A stretch of 64,000 nucleotides of DNA from an uncultured bacterium (GTDB taxonomy: Bacteria; Patescibacteriota; Minisyncoccia; UBA6257; 2-01-FULL-56-20): assembly GCA_963707865.1 (NCBI GenBank), contig OY970175.1, positions 694,028 to 758,027 on the forward strand, written 5' to 3'. A program made the position numbers and the translations under genes. The notes beneath the pieces were generated by a model. That model had not been told where the DNA came from. It made no database searches and saw only the letters and a program-made list of their open reading frames with translations. This document shows positions 19,826 through 28,759 of the stretch, piece after piece; position 1 is the stretch's first letter; each line of letters begins with the position of its first letter.

Positions 19826-20575
19826 CTACTTGCTCAAATACAGCGAATCTAAGTCGCTGAATTTTTCTTGTTTTGTAATTCTTTTCACCAACACTCTTCT
19901 TTTCTCTTTGAAAACCCTGTACGCGTTCGCGTTGGAGCGGGAAGCAACAATCCGGTATCGTCCACCGACAAATTCGATGGCACAATGATTATCGACCGCC
20001 ACACCGAATCCGCCGATTTTCTTTATCATTTTTCGGAATGCATTCCTCCGTTTGACGCCCAGGGTCTGGCCATCGAAATGGGGACAGTATATCCCCCTCA
20101 CCAATCCCAATCCTTTCACATTAATGTAGCGCCAGGATTTCGGATGATAAAACGCCATCGAATCGCTGTGACCGGATTCAAACCAACAGATCGATCCCGC
20201 ACTTAACCCACAGAGGACGGTATTCTTCTTGTACGCCTCCTTCAGCAACCTACCTACTCCACGCTTCCTCCAAAGCTTCATCATCATGAGTGTATTGCCG
20301 CCGCCAACGTAAATAATGTCTGATCGTAGTATTTTTCCTTTGATTCCCTGATAAGATAATTTCTCACGGATCAAGAAGAGAACATCGGGCCTACACCCCA
20401 ATCTACGAAAATGCTCCCTAACAGTATCCCAATAGCCCCGATGATCAGAACTTGCCGTCGGAATGAAAAGAAGGCGAGGATGTCGTTTTCCGGAAAGACG
20501 AACAATTTCTTTATCAATAGAAGTTGTACCTTTCTTTCTGATATCCTCTCCTCCGATGGCGACGATTTTACCCAT
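19826..20575 (-). CDS. Peptidase E family (S51) dipeptidase
   Basis: FIPTASSD, IYVGGGNT, GLSAGSICWF, YCPHFD. Confidence 0.9.
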   Translation of the reverse strand: MGKIVAIGGEDIRKKGTTSIDKEIVRLSGKRHPRLLFIPTASSDHRGYWDTVREHFRRLGCRPDVLFLIREKLSYQGIKGKILRSDIIYVGGGNTLMMMKLWRKRGVGRLLKEAYKKNTVLCGLSAGSICWFESGHSDSMAFYHPKSWRYINVKGLGLVRGIYCPHFDGQTLGVKRRNAFRKMIKKIGGFGVAVDNHCAIEFVGGRYRIVASRSNANAYRVFKEKRRVLVKRITKQEKFSDLDSLYLSK

Positions 20576-20603
20576 AAATCTATCCTATCATGACCATCAC
20601 CCA

Positions 20604-20636
20604 GGCTCTAACATCGTCCGTCCGCCAGAGCGGATA
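20604..20636. repeat. att-like direct repeat copy 3
   Basis: GGCTCTAACATCGTCCGTCCGCCAGAGCGGATA. Confidence 0.65.
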
Positions 20637-20797
20637 TGTGATGTCAAACCAGATGGTTTTTGTTATCATTTTCGTATGAATGACGCTCGCGCATATTGGG
20701 AAGGCGCACTGAAAAAATATGGTGCTCAAGATTGGCATTTGACTTTTGACGGTCGCTCGTGCTACACTACAGTTTCCAAGGTAAGTTGCTCCATGCC

Positions 20798-21430
20798 ATG
20801 CACCCTAGACAAAGGGAAATAACCTGGACAGCAGAGTTGGCCTATGCCGTTGGTCTTATTGCCACAGACGGCTGTCTTTCTCCCGACGGCCGCCACATCG
20901 ACTTCACGTCAAACGACAGAGACCTTATTGAAACATTTGAACGGTGTCTCGGAATAACTAACAGGATTGTAGAAAAACGAAGCGGTTATACACGTAAACT
21001 AAGTTCTTATCGCATTCAATTTGGCAATGTTACCCTTTACGAATGGCTGGTCAAAATAGGATTGATGCCGAACAAATCAAAACAGTTGGGAGATCTTGCT
21101 ATCCCGGACGAATTCTTCTTCCATTTTCTCCGAGGACATCTTGACGGAGATGGTTCAATTAGAAAATATCTAGATCCCACCTACCCAAAAAGCTTGCGAC
21201 TGTACACGACTTTCCGTTCCGCGTCGCTCCCACATCTGGTATGGATAAAAACAAAAATAGAGAAGCTTTTGGGTATTTCTGGATTCCTGGAAACACAGCC
21301 GAACGTTTACAGGCTCACCTTTAGCAAATATAATTCTATTACCTTACTTAATGAAATCTATCCGGCAGCGGATGTTCCGTGCCTGGGAAGAAAACTAATG
21401 ATTGCAGGTGAATTTGTTGGCATGAGATAA
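20798..21430 (+). CDS. Free-standing LAGLIDADG-family endonuclease (two motifs)
   Basis: LAYAVGLIATDGCL and FLRGHLDGDGSI; upstream TTGACT...TGcTACACT promoter-like sequence. Confidence 0.85.
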   Translation: MHPRQREITWTAELAYAVGLIATDGCLSPDGRHIDFTSNDRDLIETFERCLGITNRIVEKRSGYTRKLSSYRIQFGNVTLYEWLVKIGLMPNKSKQLGDLAIPDEFFFHFLRGHLDGDGSIRKYLDPTYPKSLRLYTTFRSASLPHLVWIKTKIEKLLGISGFLETQPNVYRLTFSKYNSITLLNEIYPAADVPCLGRKLMIAGEFVGMR

Positions 21431-21431
21431 T

Positions 21432-21515
21432 GCCGAGGTGATGGAAATGGCAGACATGTAGCGTTCAGGGCGCTATGGCCGCAAGGCCGTGAGGGTTCAA
21501 ATCCCTCCCTCGGCA
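21432..21515 (+). tRNA. tRNA-Leu(CAG)
   Basis: Acceptor GCCGAGG/CCTCGGC+A; anticodon arm TAGCG-TTCAGGG-CGCTA; long variable arm; GGTTCAAATCC T-arm; CCA not encoded. Confidence 0.96.
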
Positions 21516-21527
21516 CAAAATAAAAGC

Positions 21528-23393
21528 ATGATGAAAAAAATTGAGGAGAAAGAACGGCCGCGAATAAAGCCGCCCGAGATACGGCCGCACACAACCACGC
21601 CCGGACAGAGGCCAGCTTTGGTTGCACTGAGGTCGCCGCACGCAATGACCCATACCAAACAGGGTCGCAGTCCGGCGCCGCACCGCGAAATGATGCGGCC
21701 GAAAGAGGAACAAACCGCGGTAGTACCCAAGGAAGACACGCTCCGTTTCATACCGCTTGGCGGTCTGGAGGAGATCGGCAGGAATTGCTACTTCTTCGAG
21801 TATAAGGACGAGATCATCATTGTTGACGTAGGCATCCAATTTCCCGAAGAGGAAACGCCGGGTATTGATTATATTATTCCAAACATCGCATATCTTGAAT
21901 CCAAAAAGGATCGCATCCAAGCGATCCTCATTACCCACGGCCACTATGACCACATGGCCGCAATCCACTACCTTATAGAAAAACTGGGTAACCCCGTCAT
22001 CTACACGGCGGACTTTACAAAGGCAATGATAGAAAAACGGCACCAGGAATTCACGAATGTGCCGAAGCTGCGTTTCAAGGTGGTGAAACACGGCGACCAC
22101 GAGAAACTCGGCAGATACTTTGAGGCCGACTTCTTCAATGTTGACCACACAATCCCCGACGCGCTCGGCTTCGTATTGAAGACGCCCGTCGGCAACATGG
22201 TGAGCTTCGGCGATTTCCGGCTCCGAATGGACAAACAGGGCAAGCCGGTGGAAACGGAGATATTCGGCGAAATCGGCGCGCGCGGCATCCACACCGTCTT
22301 TATTGACAGCACGAATGCCTACAAACCGGGATTCTCATTCTCGGAAGAAACCGTAAGCGACAATCTCTACGAGCTCATGAGCCATGCGAAGGGGCGGCTC
22401 CTCATCGCCACATTCTCCTCGCTCCTCACGCGCCTTTTTGAGGTCGTGAAGCTCGCCGAAAAACTTGACCGGAAAGTTGCGCTGAATGGCAGGTCCATGA
22501 AGGACAATTTCCAAATCGCTGAGCAGCTTGGCTATCTCAAGACCAAAAAGGACGAAATCGTCCCGATTGAGGAGATCAATAAATATCCCGATAACAAAGT
22601 GGTCATCCTCACGACCGGATCCCAGGGAGAAAAGAACGCCGGACTCATGCGCATTGTGAACGGCGACCACAAGGTAGTGCGCCTCAAATCCACCGATACC
22701 GTCATTTTCTCATCGTCGGTCGTGCCGGGAAACGAGCGGAGCGTGCAGGCGCTACAAGATAACATCGCGCGGCAGGTGGACGAACTTTATAACGTAAAGA
22801 TCCTGGACATCCACGCCTCGGGTCACGCGCACCAGGAGGACCTGAAATTCGTGCTCCGGCTCATGAAACCAAAGTTCGCTGTCCCGATCCACGGATATTA
22901 CTTCTTCCGTTCGGCACTTAAAAAAATTGCGGTTGAGGTAGGCCTCCCCCGCGAAACGGTCAAGATGATGGACAACGGGCAAGTGGCGGAAATTACAAAA
23001 GACACGTTTACGATAACCAAGCAGACTGTGCCTGCGTCATATGTGATGGTGGACGGCTTGGGCGTCGGCGACGTGGAGGAAGTAGTGATCCGCGACCGGC
23101 GCGCGCTTTCTCAGGAAGGCATGGTCGTCATCATCCTCACTATTGACCAAACCAAGGGGCGGCTTCTCAAAAACCCCGATATTATCTCGCGTGGTTTCAT
23201 CTATCTCAAGGAAAACCAGGAGCTTCTGGAAGAAATTCGCAAGCGCATTCGCGCGCTCATTGTGCGCCTTCCCAGTTACCGCGAAGTGGAGCCCGATTAT
23301 CTAAAGACGCTCGTCCGCGATCAAGTCGGACAATTCCTTTATAACAAAACACGGCGCCGGCCGATGATCCTGCCCGTGATCATAGAAGTTTAG
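21528..23393 (+). CDS. rnj: Ribonuclease J
   Basis: PLGGLEEIGRN, THGHYDH, HASGH, RRPMILPVIIEV. Confidence 0.96.
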   Translation: MMKKIEEKERPRIKPPEIRPHTTTPGQRPALVALRSPHAMTHTKQGRSPAPHREMMRPKEEQTAVVPKEDTLRFIPLGGLEEIGRNCYFFEYKDEIIIVDVGIQFPEEETPGIDYIIPNIAYLESKKDRIQAILITHGHYDHMAAIHYLIEKLGNPVIYTADFTKAMIEKRHQEFTNVPKLRFKVVKHGDHEKLGRYFEADFFNVDHTIPDALGFVLKTPVGNMVSFGDFRLRMDKQGKPVETEIFGEIGARGIHTVFIDSTNAYKPGFSFSEETVSDNLYELMSHAKGRLLIATFSSLLTRLFEVVKLAEKLDRKVALNGRSMKDNFQIAEQLGYLKTKKDEIVPIEEINKYPDNKVVILTTGSQGEKNAGLMRIVNGDHKVVRLKSTDTVIFSSSVVPGNERSVQALQDNIARQVDELYNVKILDIHASGHAHQEDLKFVLRLMKPKFAVPIHGYYFFRSALKKIAVEVGLPRETVKMMDNGQVAEITKDTFTITKQTVPASYVMVDGLGVGDVEEVVIRDRRALSQEGMVVIILTIDQTKGRLLKNPDIISRGFIYLKENQELLEEIRKRIRALIVRLPSYREVEPDYLKTLVRDQVGQFLYNKTRRRPMILPVIIEV

Positions 23394-23403
23394 TGACCAA
23401 AAA

Positions 23404-23431
23404 CAAAAGACCCGAACGCTCGGGTCTTTTG
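23404..23431 (+). terminator. Intrinsic terminator after rnj
   Basis: CAAAAGACCCGA-ACGC-TCGGGTCTTTTG. Confidence 0.75.
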
Positions 23432-23557
23432 CGAATCCGAACGCAGTACTGCGATTCGGCTTACCATCCTTAGTTTTAAGGATACTCGGCATGATGTACT
23501 TGTCAAATTTTATTTAACAAAAATTTAACATCAATCTGGTAATATCGGTTCCGCGGT

Positions 23558-23625
23558 GGGCATGGCGCGGCGCTGGATTCGGCTTACCATCCAGAATCCA
23601 CGGGGTCCGATTCCCCGCATGTCCA
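23558..23625 (+). ncRNA. tRNA-like RNA with reduced D-arm and enlarged anticodon loop
   Basis: Acceptor GGGCATG/CATGTCC+A (G3-U70); T-arm CGGGG-TCCGATT-CCCCG; stem CTGGA/TCCAG around 12-nt loop TTCGGCTTACCA; upstream TGgTAATAT -10-like box. Confidence 0.55.
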
Positions 23626-23680
23626 CCGCTCTCTGGGAACAATAATTTCACGAGCCATAAAATCATGGTATTATCAAGGC

Positions 23681-24667
23681 ATGAAACCAGTTTTAGTTTC
23701 GGGCATCAAACCAGAAGGGCATCAACATATCGGCAATTATTTAGGCGGGCTCAAAAATTTCGTTGATCTCCAGAATTCGGGTGATTACGATTGTTATTTT
23801 TTCCTTGCAGACCTTCACTCGCTCACAGAGGATTTTGAGCCGAAGAAAAAACGGGAACAGATCCTTGAGCTTACCGCAGAATATCTTGCGGTGGGGCTTG
23901 ATCAAAAACGGTCCACCCTCTTTTTGCAATCGCTCATCCCCGCGCACTCGGAACTCATGTGGCTCTTGACCACGATCACCTCTGAGGGAGAGTTGCGGCG
24001 AATGACGCAATACAAGGATAAGGTGCTCGTGAAAAAAACCGAGGCAAATACGGGACTCCTTATGTACCCCGTCCTCATGGCTGCGGACATTTTTCTTTAC
24101 GATGCCGCAGTCGTCCCCGTGGGCGAGGACCAATTACAACATCTGGAACTCGCGCGCACGCTCGCGCGGAAGTGGAACGCCCGCTTCGGCGAGACGTTCA
24201 TTGAGCCGAAAGGCCTGCTCACGAAAACGTCACGCGTGATGAGCCTGAAGGATCCCGCGAAAAAGATGTCCAAGTCGGAACCCCAGGGATGCCTTTTCCT
24301 TGACAACTCGCCCGAAGAAATAAAAGCCAAAATCACCCACGCGACGACCGACTCCGGTTCGGAAATAACCTACGACCCCGCGAAGAAGCCCGGCGTCGCG
24401 AATCTTTTGGAAATCTACGCGGCGCTCGCGCATACGGAACCGAAGATGATCGCGAAGGAATTCGCAGGTGAGAATTATTCCGCGTTCAAAAAACGGTTTG
24501 CGGAATTGGTCGCCGACCACTTCGCCGAATTCCGCGCGAAGAAAAAGGCGCTGCTAGAAAAACCCTCCGTGCTCGCGAACGTCCTAAAAGAAGGTTCTGC
24601 GTACGCCGCAAAAATCGCCGAAAAGAAAATAAAGGAGGTAAAAGAAAGGGTTGGGTTGGAAATATAG
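23681..24667 (+). CDS. trpS: Tryptophanyl-tRNA synthetase
   Basis: HIGN, YPVLMAADI, VPVGEDQ, KMSKS. Confidence 0.97.
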   Translation: MKPVLVSGIKPEGHQHIGNYLGGLKNFVDLQNSGDYDCYFFLADLHSLTEDFEPKKKREQILELTAEYLAVGLDQKRSTLFLQSLIPAHSELMWLLTTITSEGELRRMTQYKDKVLVKKTEANTGLLMYPVLMAADIFLYDAAVVPVGEDQLQHLELARTLARKWNARFGETFIEPKGLLTKTSRVMSLKDPAKKMSKSEPQGCLFLDNSPEEIKAKITHATTDSGSEITYDPAKKPGVANLLEIYAALAHTEPKMIAKEFAGENYSAFKKRFAELVADHFAEFRAKKKALLEKPSVLANVLKEGSAYAAKIAEKKIKEVKERVGLEI

Positions 24668-24689
24668 AACTCATAAATATAATACTTTC

Positions 24690-25127
24690 GTGCTCGACAT
24701 ACACATCAAGACTATCCCCCATAAAGAACATCGCTATCCGACGCTCGGAGATTATTGGCGCAACGCTGACGGGAAGCAGGAAATGCGGATATCAGAGATG
24801 GGAAATGATGATTATGCATTTATGATTGCCGTCCACGAATTGATTGAATGGTATCTCACGGGAAAGCGAGGCATCAAAGAAGAAGACATCAAGGCTTTCG
24901 ATGAAGCATTTGAGAAGGAGCGATTACGGGGTCTCCATACTGAAAAAGACGAAGCGGGCTTCGACCCCCGTGCACCATATGTGAAAGAACATAGCTTTGC
25001 CACGAATGTTGAAAAACAGCTTGCAAAAGAGCTGGGCGTGGACTGGGATAAATATGATGCGGGAATTAAAGCACTGTTCGCAAAATTTGAAGCATCAGGG
25101 GATACAAAGGCGGGGACGGAAAAATAA
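24690..25127 (+). CDS. Hypothetical protein (HELIE motif)
   Basis: GTG start 6 nt after TATAAT; IKTIPHKEHRYPTLGDYW...AVHELIEW. Confidence 0.7.
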   Translation: MLDIHIKTIPHKEHRYPTLGDYWRNADGKQEMRISEMGNDDYAFMIAVHELIEWYLTGKRGIKEEDIKAFDEAFEKERLRGLHTEKDEAGFDPRAPYVKEHSFATNVEKQLAKELGVDWDKYDAGIKALFAKFEASGDTKAGTEK

Positions 25128-25175
25128 GTATGAAAAGCTACACATGAGAGAGGATTCGAACTTTTTCAACGACCG

Positions 25176-28100
25176 CTACACCCTCCGTATCCCGATCCAG
25201 ACCTCCTGACCATCAATTTTGGTCGCTTCCTCGGCGCTGAATTTTTCGAAATGCCCGTATTCTATTGACTTTGCACCAACGGCCACGCGAAGCACTGCTT
25301 CTTGCTTCACAACCATTCCCCTTATTGCCGCAGGGAGATCAAGCATGAGTACGATCGCGTCCTTGGGCGCAAGTCCCGCCTCTTGCCGCAGACCCTGCAC
25401 CATTCGCGCAATTTCGCGCAATAATCCCTTCTCTCGAAGCTCTGGGGTTATCACGGTGTCTAGCTTCATCAGCTCTTCAAGGGTCGCGTCAAACTCAACA
25501 CTTTGAACATTTACCTCTTCAGCGAGAAGAACAGTGGAGCCCTCTGATAGAGTCACCGAATCCGCTGTTTTGACGATAAGCGTCTGGAGGGGTTGCCGAA
25601 TCTTAATGCCGGCTTCCGCGCGCTTCGCAAGCCCCAAACTCGCGATGCGGCGCACTTCGGCCATTTCTTTAATCAATTGTTTATTCTCCTTTTTATCGGG
25701 AGAAACTTCAGGGCTCGGCCACTCGGCAAGATGAACCGACTCCTCCACTTCCTTACCGCTGCCATATGGCTTCAATATTCCATAAAGTTCTTCGGCGAGG
25801 AACGGCACGAATGGTGCGATAACCTTGCTCGTTGTAAGAAGACATTTATACAACGTTGTGGGAAAGGCAGCATCCTTCCGTTTCCGGCTGCGGCGGAGAT
25901 ACCACGTGGAAAGGTCGTCAATGTATTCCTGGATCGTCCGCGTAGCACGCACGGTGTCATATGCCGAGAGATATTCGGTCACGAACTTCACGAGCTCCGC
26001 CGTCCGCACTGCAATCCATCTATCAAGAACTTTTTCTGATTCTGATGAAGGGTGCTCCTTGGACGAAAGCATCTTCGGCTCAATATATGTCGTGAAGAAT
26101 TTCCCTACGTTCCAGAGAATAACAACTACTTTCCGATAAATATTCTCCACTGCTTTCTCAGAAAAATTCACATTATCCGCCTGCATCACGACGGAATTCA
26201 TGAGATAGAACCGCAAGCTGTCCGCGCCATATTTTTCTATCACAATGTTCGGATCGGGGTAATTGTTCTTTGATTTGCTCATCTTTGATCCGTCCTCCGC
26301 AAGAATCGTACCGGTGGTCACTACATTGTCAAACGGTGCTTTGCCGAAAAGGATCAGGGAAATCACGTGCATCACATAGAACCACGCGCGCGTCTGCGCG
26401 ATGTATTCCGCGACGAATTGCGCCGGGAAGCGGCTTTCAAAAACTTTCTTGTTCTCAAATGGGTAATGATACTCGGCGAACGGCATGGAACCCGCTTCCA
26501 CCCACGAGTCAAAGATCTCCGGCGTCCGCTTCATGGTTTTTCCACACGCACTGCACGCAAACGTTATCTCGTCAATATACGGCCGGTGCAGGTCCGCCTC
26601 GCCGCCGTCATTTCGCGGGAGGACATTTAGTTCCATCTTCCGTATTTCCGCGAAGGTGATGAAATCCTTTTTTTGCCGTTCTTTTTCCTCTGTCGCGCGT
26701 TTTTCGCTCCAACCCTCGGCAGCATGGAAAAGCATCCATGCCGGATATTCGTGTGTTATAAGGAGAATGTTTTTCCCAACGTATTTCGCCTCGCATTCCG
26801 TGAGAAATTCCCACGCGCGGGCACGCACGTCGCGTAACGACTCCCCTCCTTCGGGCCGTTTTTCAAACCGTTCCTGGTAGGTCGGGAAAAGATCAAAATA
26901 TTTCTTGTCCAAATGCCCGGTGAGCACCGGTCCAAGGTGGATCTCCTCGAGGCGCTTGTCAAACCTCACCTTTTCCCCGCCAAGCACGGAGGCGACGATC
27001 TCTTCGGTCTCCACGGTGCGCGTCACATCCGACGAGATCACGAGGTCAATTTTTTCCCCACGCTTCGCGAGCTCCGCCTTGAAGCGTTTAATGGAGTCCT
27101 CTGCCTCCTTCCGGCCGCGCGGCGTGAGGTGCAAATATTTCCGCTGACCGGAATCAATGACGTTGAACATATTACTCTCTGCTTCCCCGTGCCGCATGAC
27201 CCAATAATTGTTTTTTGAGTGGCCGGCGAGTTTTGAAAGGTCTTCCAAGCTGCCCGCGACCTCTTCGCGACCACAACCTCCGCACTTCCATACCGGAATG
27301 GGATTCCCCCAATAACGATTTCTGGAAATATTCCAATCCGGCGCCGCCTCCACGCTTTTTTCGTAACGGCCATGCTTCAAGTGTTCCGGAAACCAGTTGA
27401 TCTCGCGGTCGTTTGACTTCAATAGCTGTGGTTTTATTTTCTGGATGTTCATGAACCACGCGGGGATGGCGTTGTAGAAAAGCACGGTGCCGCAGCGCCA
27501 GCAATGCGGATACGAGTGCGTATACATCTCGCGCTTGAACAACAACCCGCGATTTTGCAAGTCCTCTTTAATGATTTTTTCAGAAGCCTTGAAGTATTTG
27601 CCCCGCACGAGTTCCGGCGCCTTCTCGTTGAATATCCCCTTTTCATCCAGAAGCGGCACAACGGGCAATCCCACGCGCATGCCGAGCTCATAATCGTCTT
27701 CACCATAAACGACCGCCGTGTGCACGATGCCGGTGCCCTCGTCCGTCGTTACAAAACCCGCATGATACACCTTATAGGACTTATCACCCTTCATCGATGC
27801 AATCTCATAAAGTGGTTCGTAGCTAACCCCGCGCAATTGACTTCCGGGAAATGTGACTCTGGGATTTTCGAGGCCGTATGCTTTTGCCCTACTGACCTCG
27901 ACAATCAAACCTTCGCCGTCTCGTTCGTAAACTCCATATTCTAGTTCGGAACTTATGGCTAGCGCGACATTGCCGGGAAGTGTCCAAGGGGTCGTTGTCC
28001 ATGCCAACAGAAACGTGTTGGGTGGCAAATTGAGTCCCTTTGTTTGACCTTCGATGACAGTCTTAAACTTCACCGTCACCGATTCCTCCGACACATCCTT

Positions 28101-28676
28101 ATAGCTATTGTCCATCGCCACCTCAAAATTTGAGATTGGGGTTTCGCAGCGCGGGCAATACAAGAGTACTTTCCGCCCTTCGTAAACGAGTTTCTTTTTA
28201 TATATTTCTTTGAATGCCCACCAGACGGATTCCATATAATTCACATCCATCGTCTTATAGGAATCGTCAAACTCCACCCAGCGCGCGATGCGTCGGATCA
28301 TTTTTTTCCATTCCGAGGCATACTCCAAAACCATGCTTCGGCAGGTCTCGTTGAATTTTTTGATGCCAATCTCTTCTATTTGTTTCTTCCCGGAAATGCC
28401 GAGTTTGCGTTCAACAATTTCTTCAATCGGCAGCCCGTGGCAATCCCATCCCCACCGCCGGCGCACGAATCGCCCGTTCATCGTCTGAAACCGCGGCACT
28501 ACGTCCTTTATCGTAGACGCCAAGAGGTGCCCGTAATGCGGGAAACCGGTCGCGAACGGAGGCCCGTCATAAAAAGTGAAAGGTTTCCCGTTTTGGGTCT
28601 TCTCCAAGCTTTTCTTAAAAATATGCCGGGAATCCCAGAATTTCAGAACCTCCTCTTCGGAAGGATTTTGCGCCAT
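25176..28676 (-). CDS. ileS: Isoleucyl-tRNA synthetase (IleRS2-type) with inserted histidine-phosphatase domain
   Basis: DGPPFATGFPHYGH, WTTTPWTLP, DWNISRNRYWG, KMSKS; insertion begins NNYWVMRHGEAESN. Confidence 0.95.
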   Translation of the reverse strand: MAQNPSEEEVLKFWDSRHIFKKSLEKTQNGKPFTFYDGPPFATGFPHYGHLLASTIKDVVPRFQTMNGRFVRRRWGWDCHGLPIEEIVERKLGISGKKQIEEIGIKKFNETCRSMVLEYASEWKKMIRRIARWVEFDDSYKTMDVNYMESVWWAFKEIYKKKLVYEGRKVLLYCPRCETPISNFEVAMDNSYKDVSEESVTVKFKTVIEGQTKGLNLPPNTFLLAWTTTPWTLPGNVALAISSELEYGVYERDGEGLIVEVSRAKAYGLENPRVTFPGSQLRGVSYEPLYEIASMKGDKSYKVYHAGFVTTDEGTGIVHTAVVYGEDDYELGMRVGLPVVPLLDEKGIFNEKAPELVRGKYFKASEKIIKEDLQNRGLLFKREMYTHSYPHCWRCGTVLFYNAIPAWFMNIQKIKPQLLKSNDREINWFPEHLKHGRYEKSVEAAPDWNISRNRYWGNPIPVWKCGGCGREEVAGSLEDLSKLAGHSKNNYWVMRHGEAESNMFNVIDSGQRKYLHLTPRGRKEAEDSIKRFKAELAKRGEKIDLVISSDVTRTVETEEIVASVLGGEKVRFDKRLEEIHLGPVLTGHLDKKYFDLFPTYQERFEKRPEGGESLRDVRARAWEFLTECEAKYVGKNILLITHEYPAWMLFHAAEGWSEKRATEEKERQKKDFITFAEIRKMELNVLPRNDGGEADLHRPYIDEITFACSACGKTMKRTPEIFDSWVEAGSMPFAEYHYPFENKKVFESRFPAQFVAEYIAQTRAWFYVMHVISLILFGKAPFDNVVTTGTILAEDGSKMSKSKNNYPDPNIVIEKYGADSLRFYLMNSVVMQADNVNFSEKAVENIYRKVVVILWNVGKFFTTYIEPKMLSSKEHPSSESEKVLDRWIAVRTAELVKFVTEYLSAYDTVRATRTIQEYIDDLSTWYLRRSRKRKDAAFPTTLYKCLLTTSKVIAPFVPFLAEELYGILKPYGSGKEVEESVHLAEWPSPEVSPDKKENKQLIKEMAEVRRIASLGLAKRAEAGIKIRQPLQTLIVKTADSVTLSEGSTVLLAEEVNVQSVEFDATLEELMKLDTVITPELREKGLLREIARMVQGLRQEAGLAPKDAIVLMLDLPAAIRGMVVKQEAVLRVAVGAKSIEYGHFEKFSAEEATKIDGQEVWIGIRRV

Positions 28677-28759
28677 TATCCTCTTAAAATACCAGATTTT
28701 ACGAGGATTTCAAAGGATCCGGCCGTATCGCGACTGCACCACGCGGGTTAGCCGCACTA

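Noticed and set aside
23430-23680. T-box riboswitch upstream of trpS
   Set aside because: No T-box consensus (AAxxxGGGTGGxACCGCG) followed by a terminator on the coding strand before trpS
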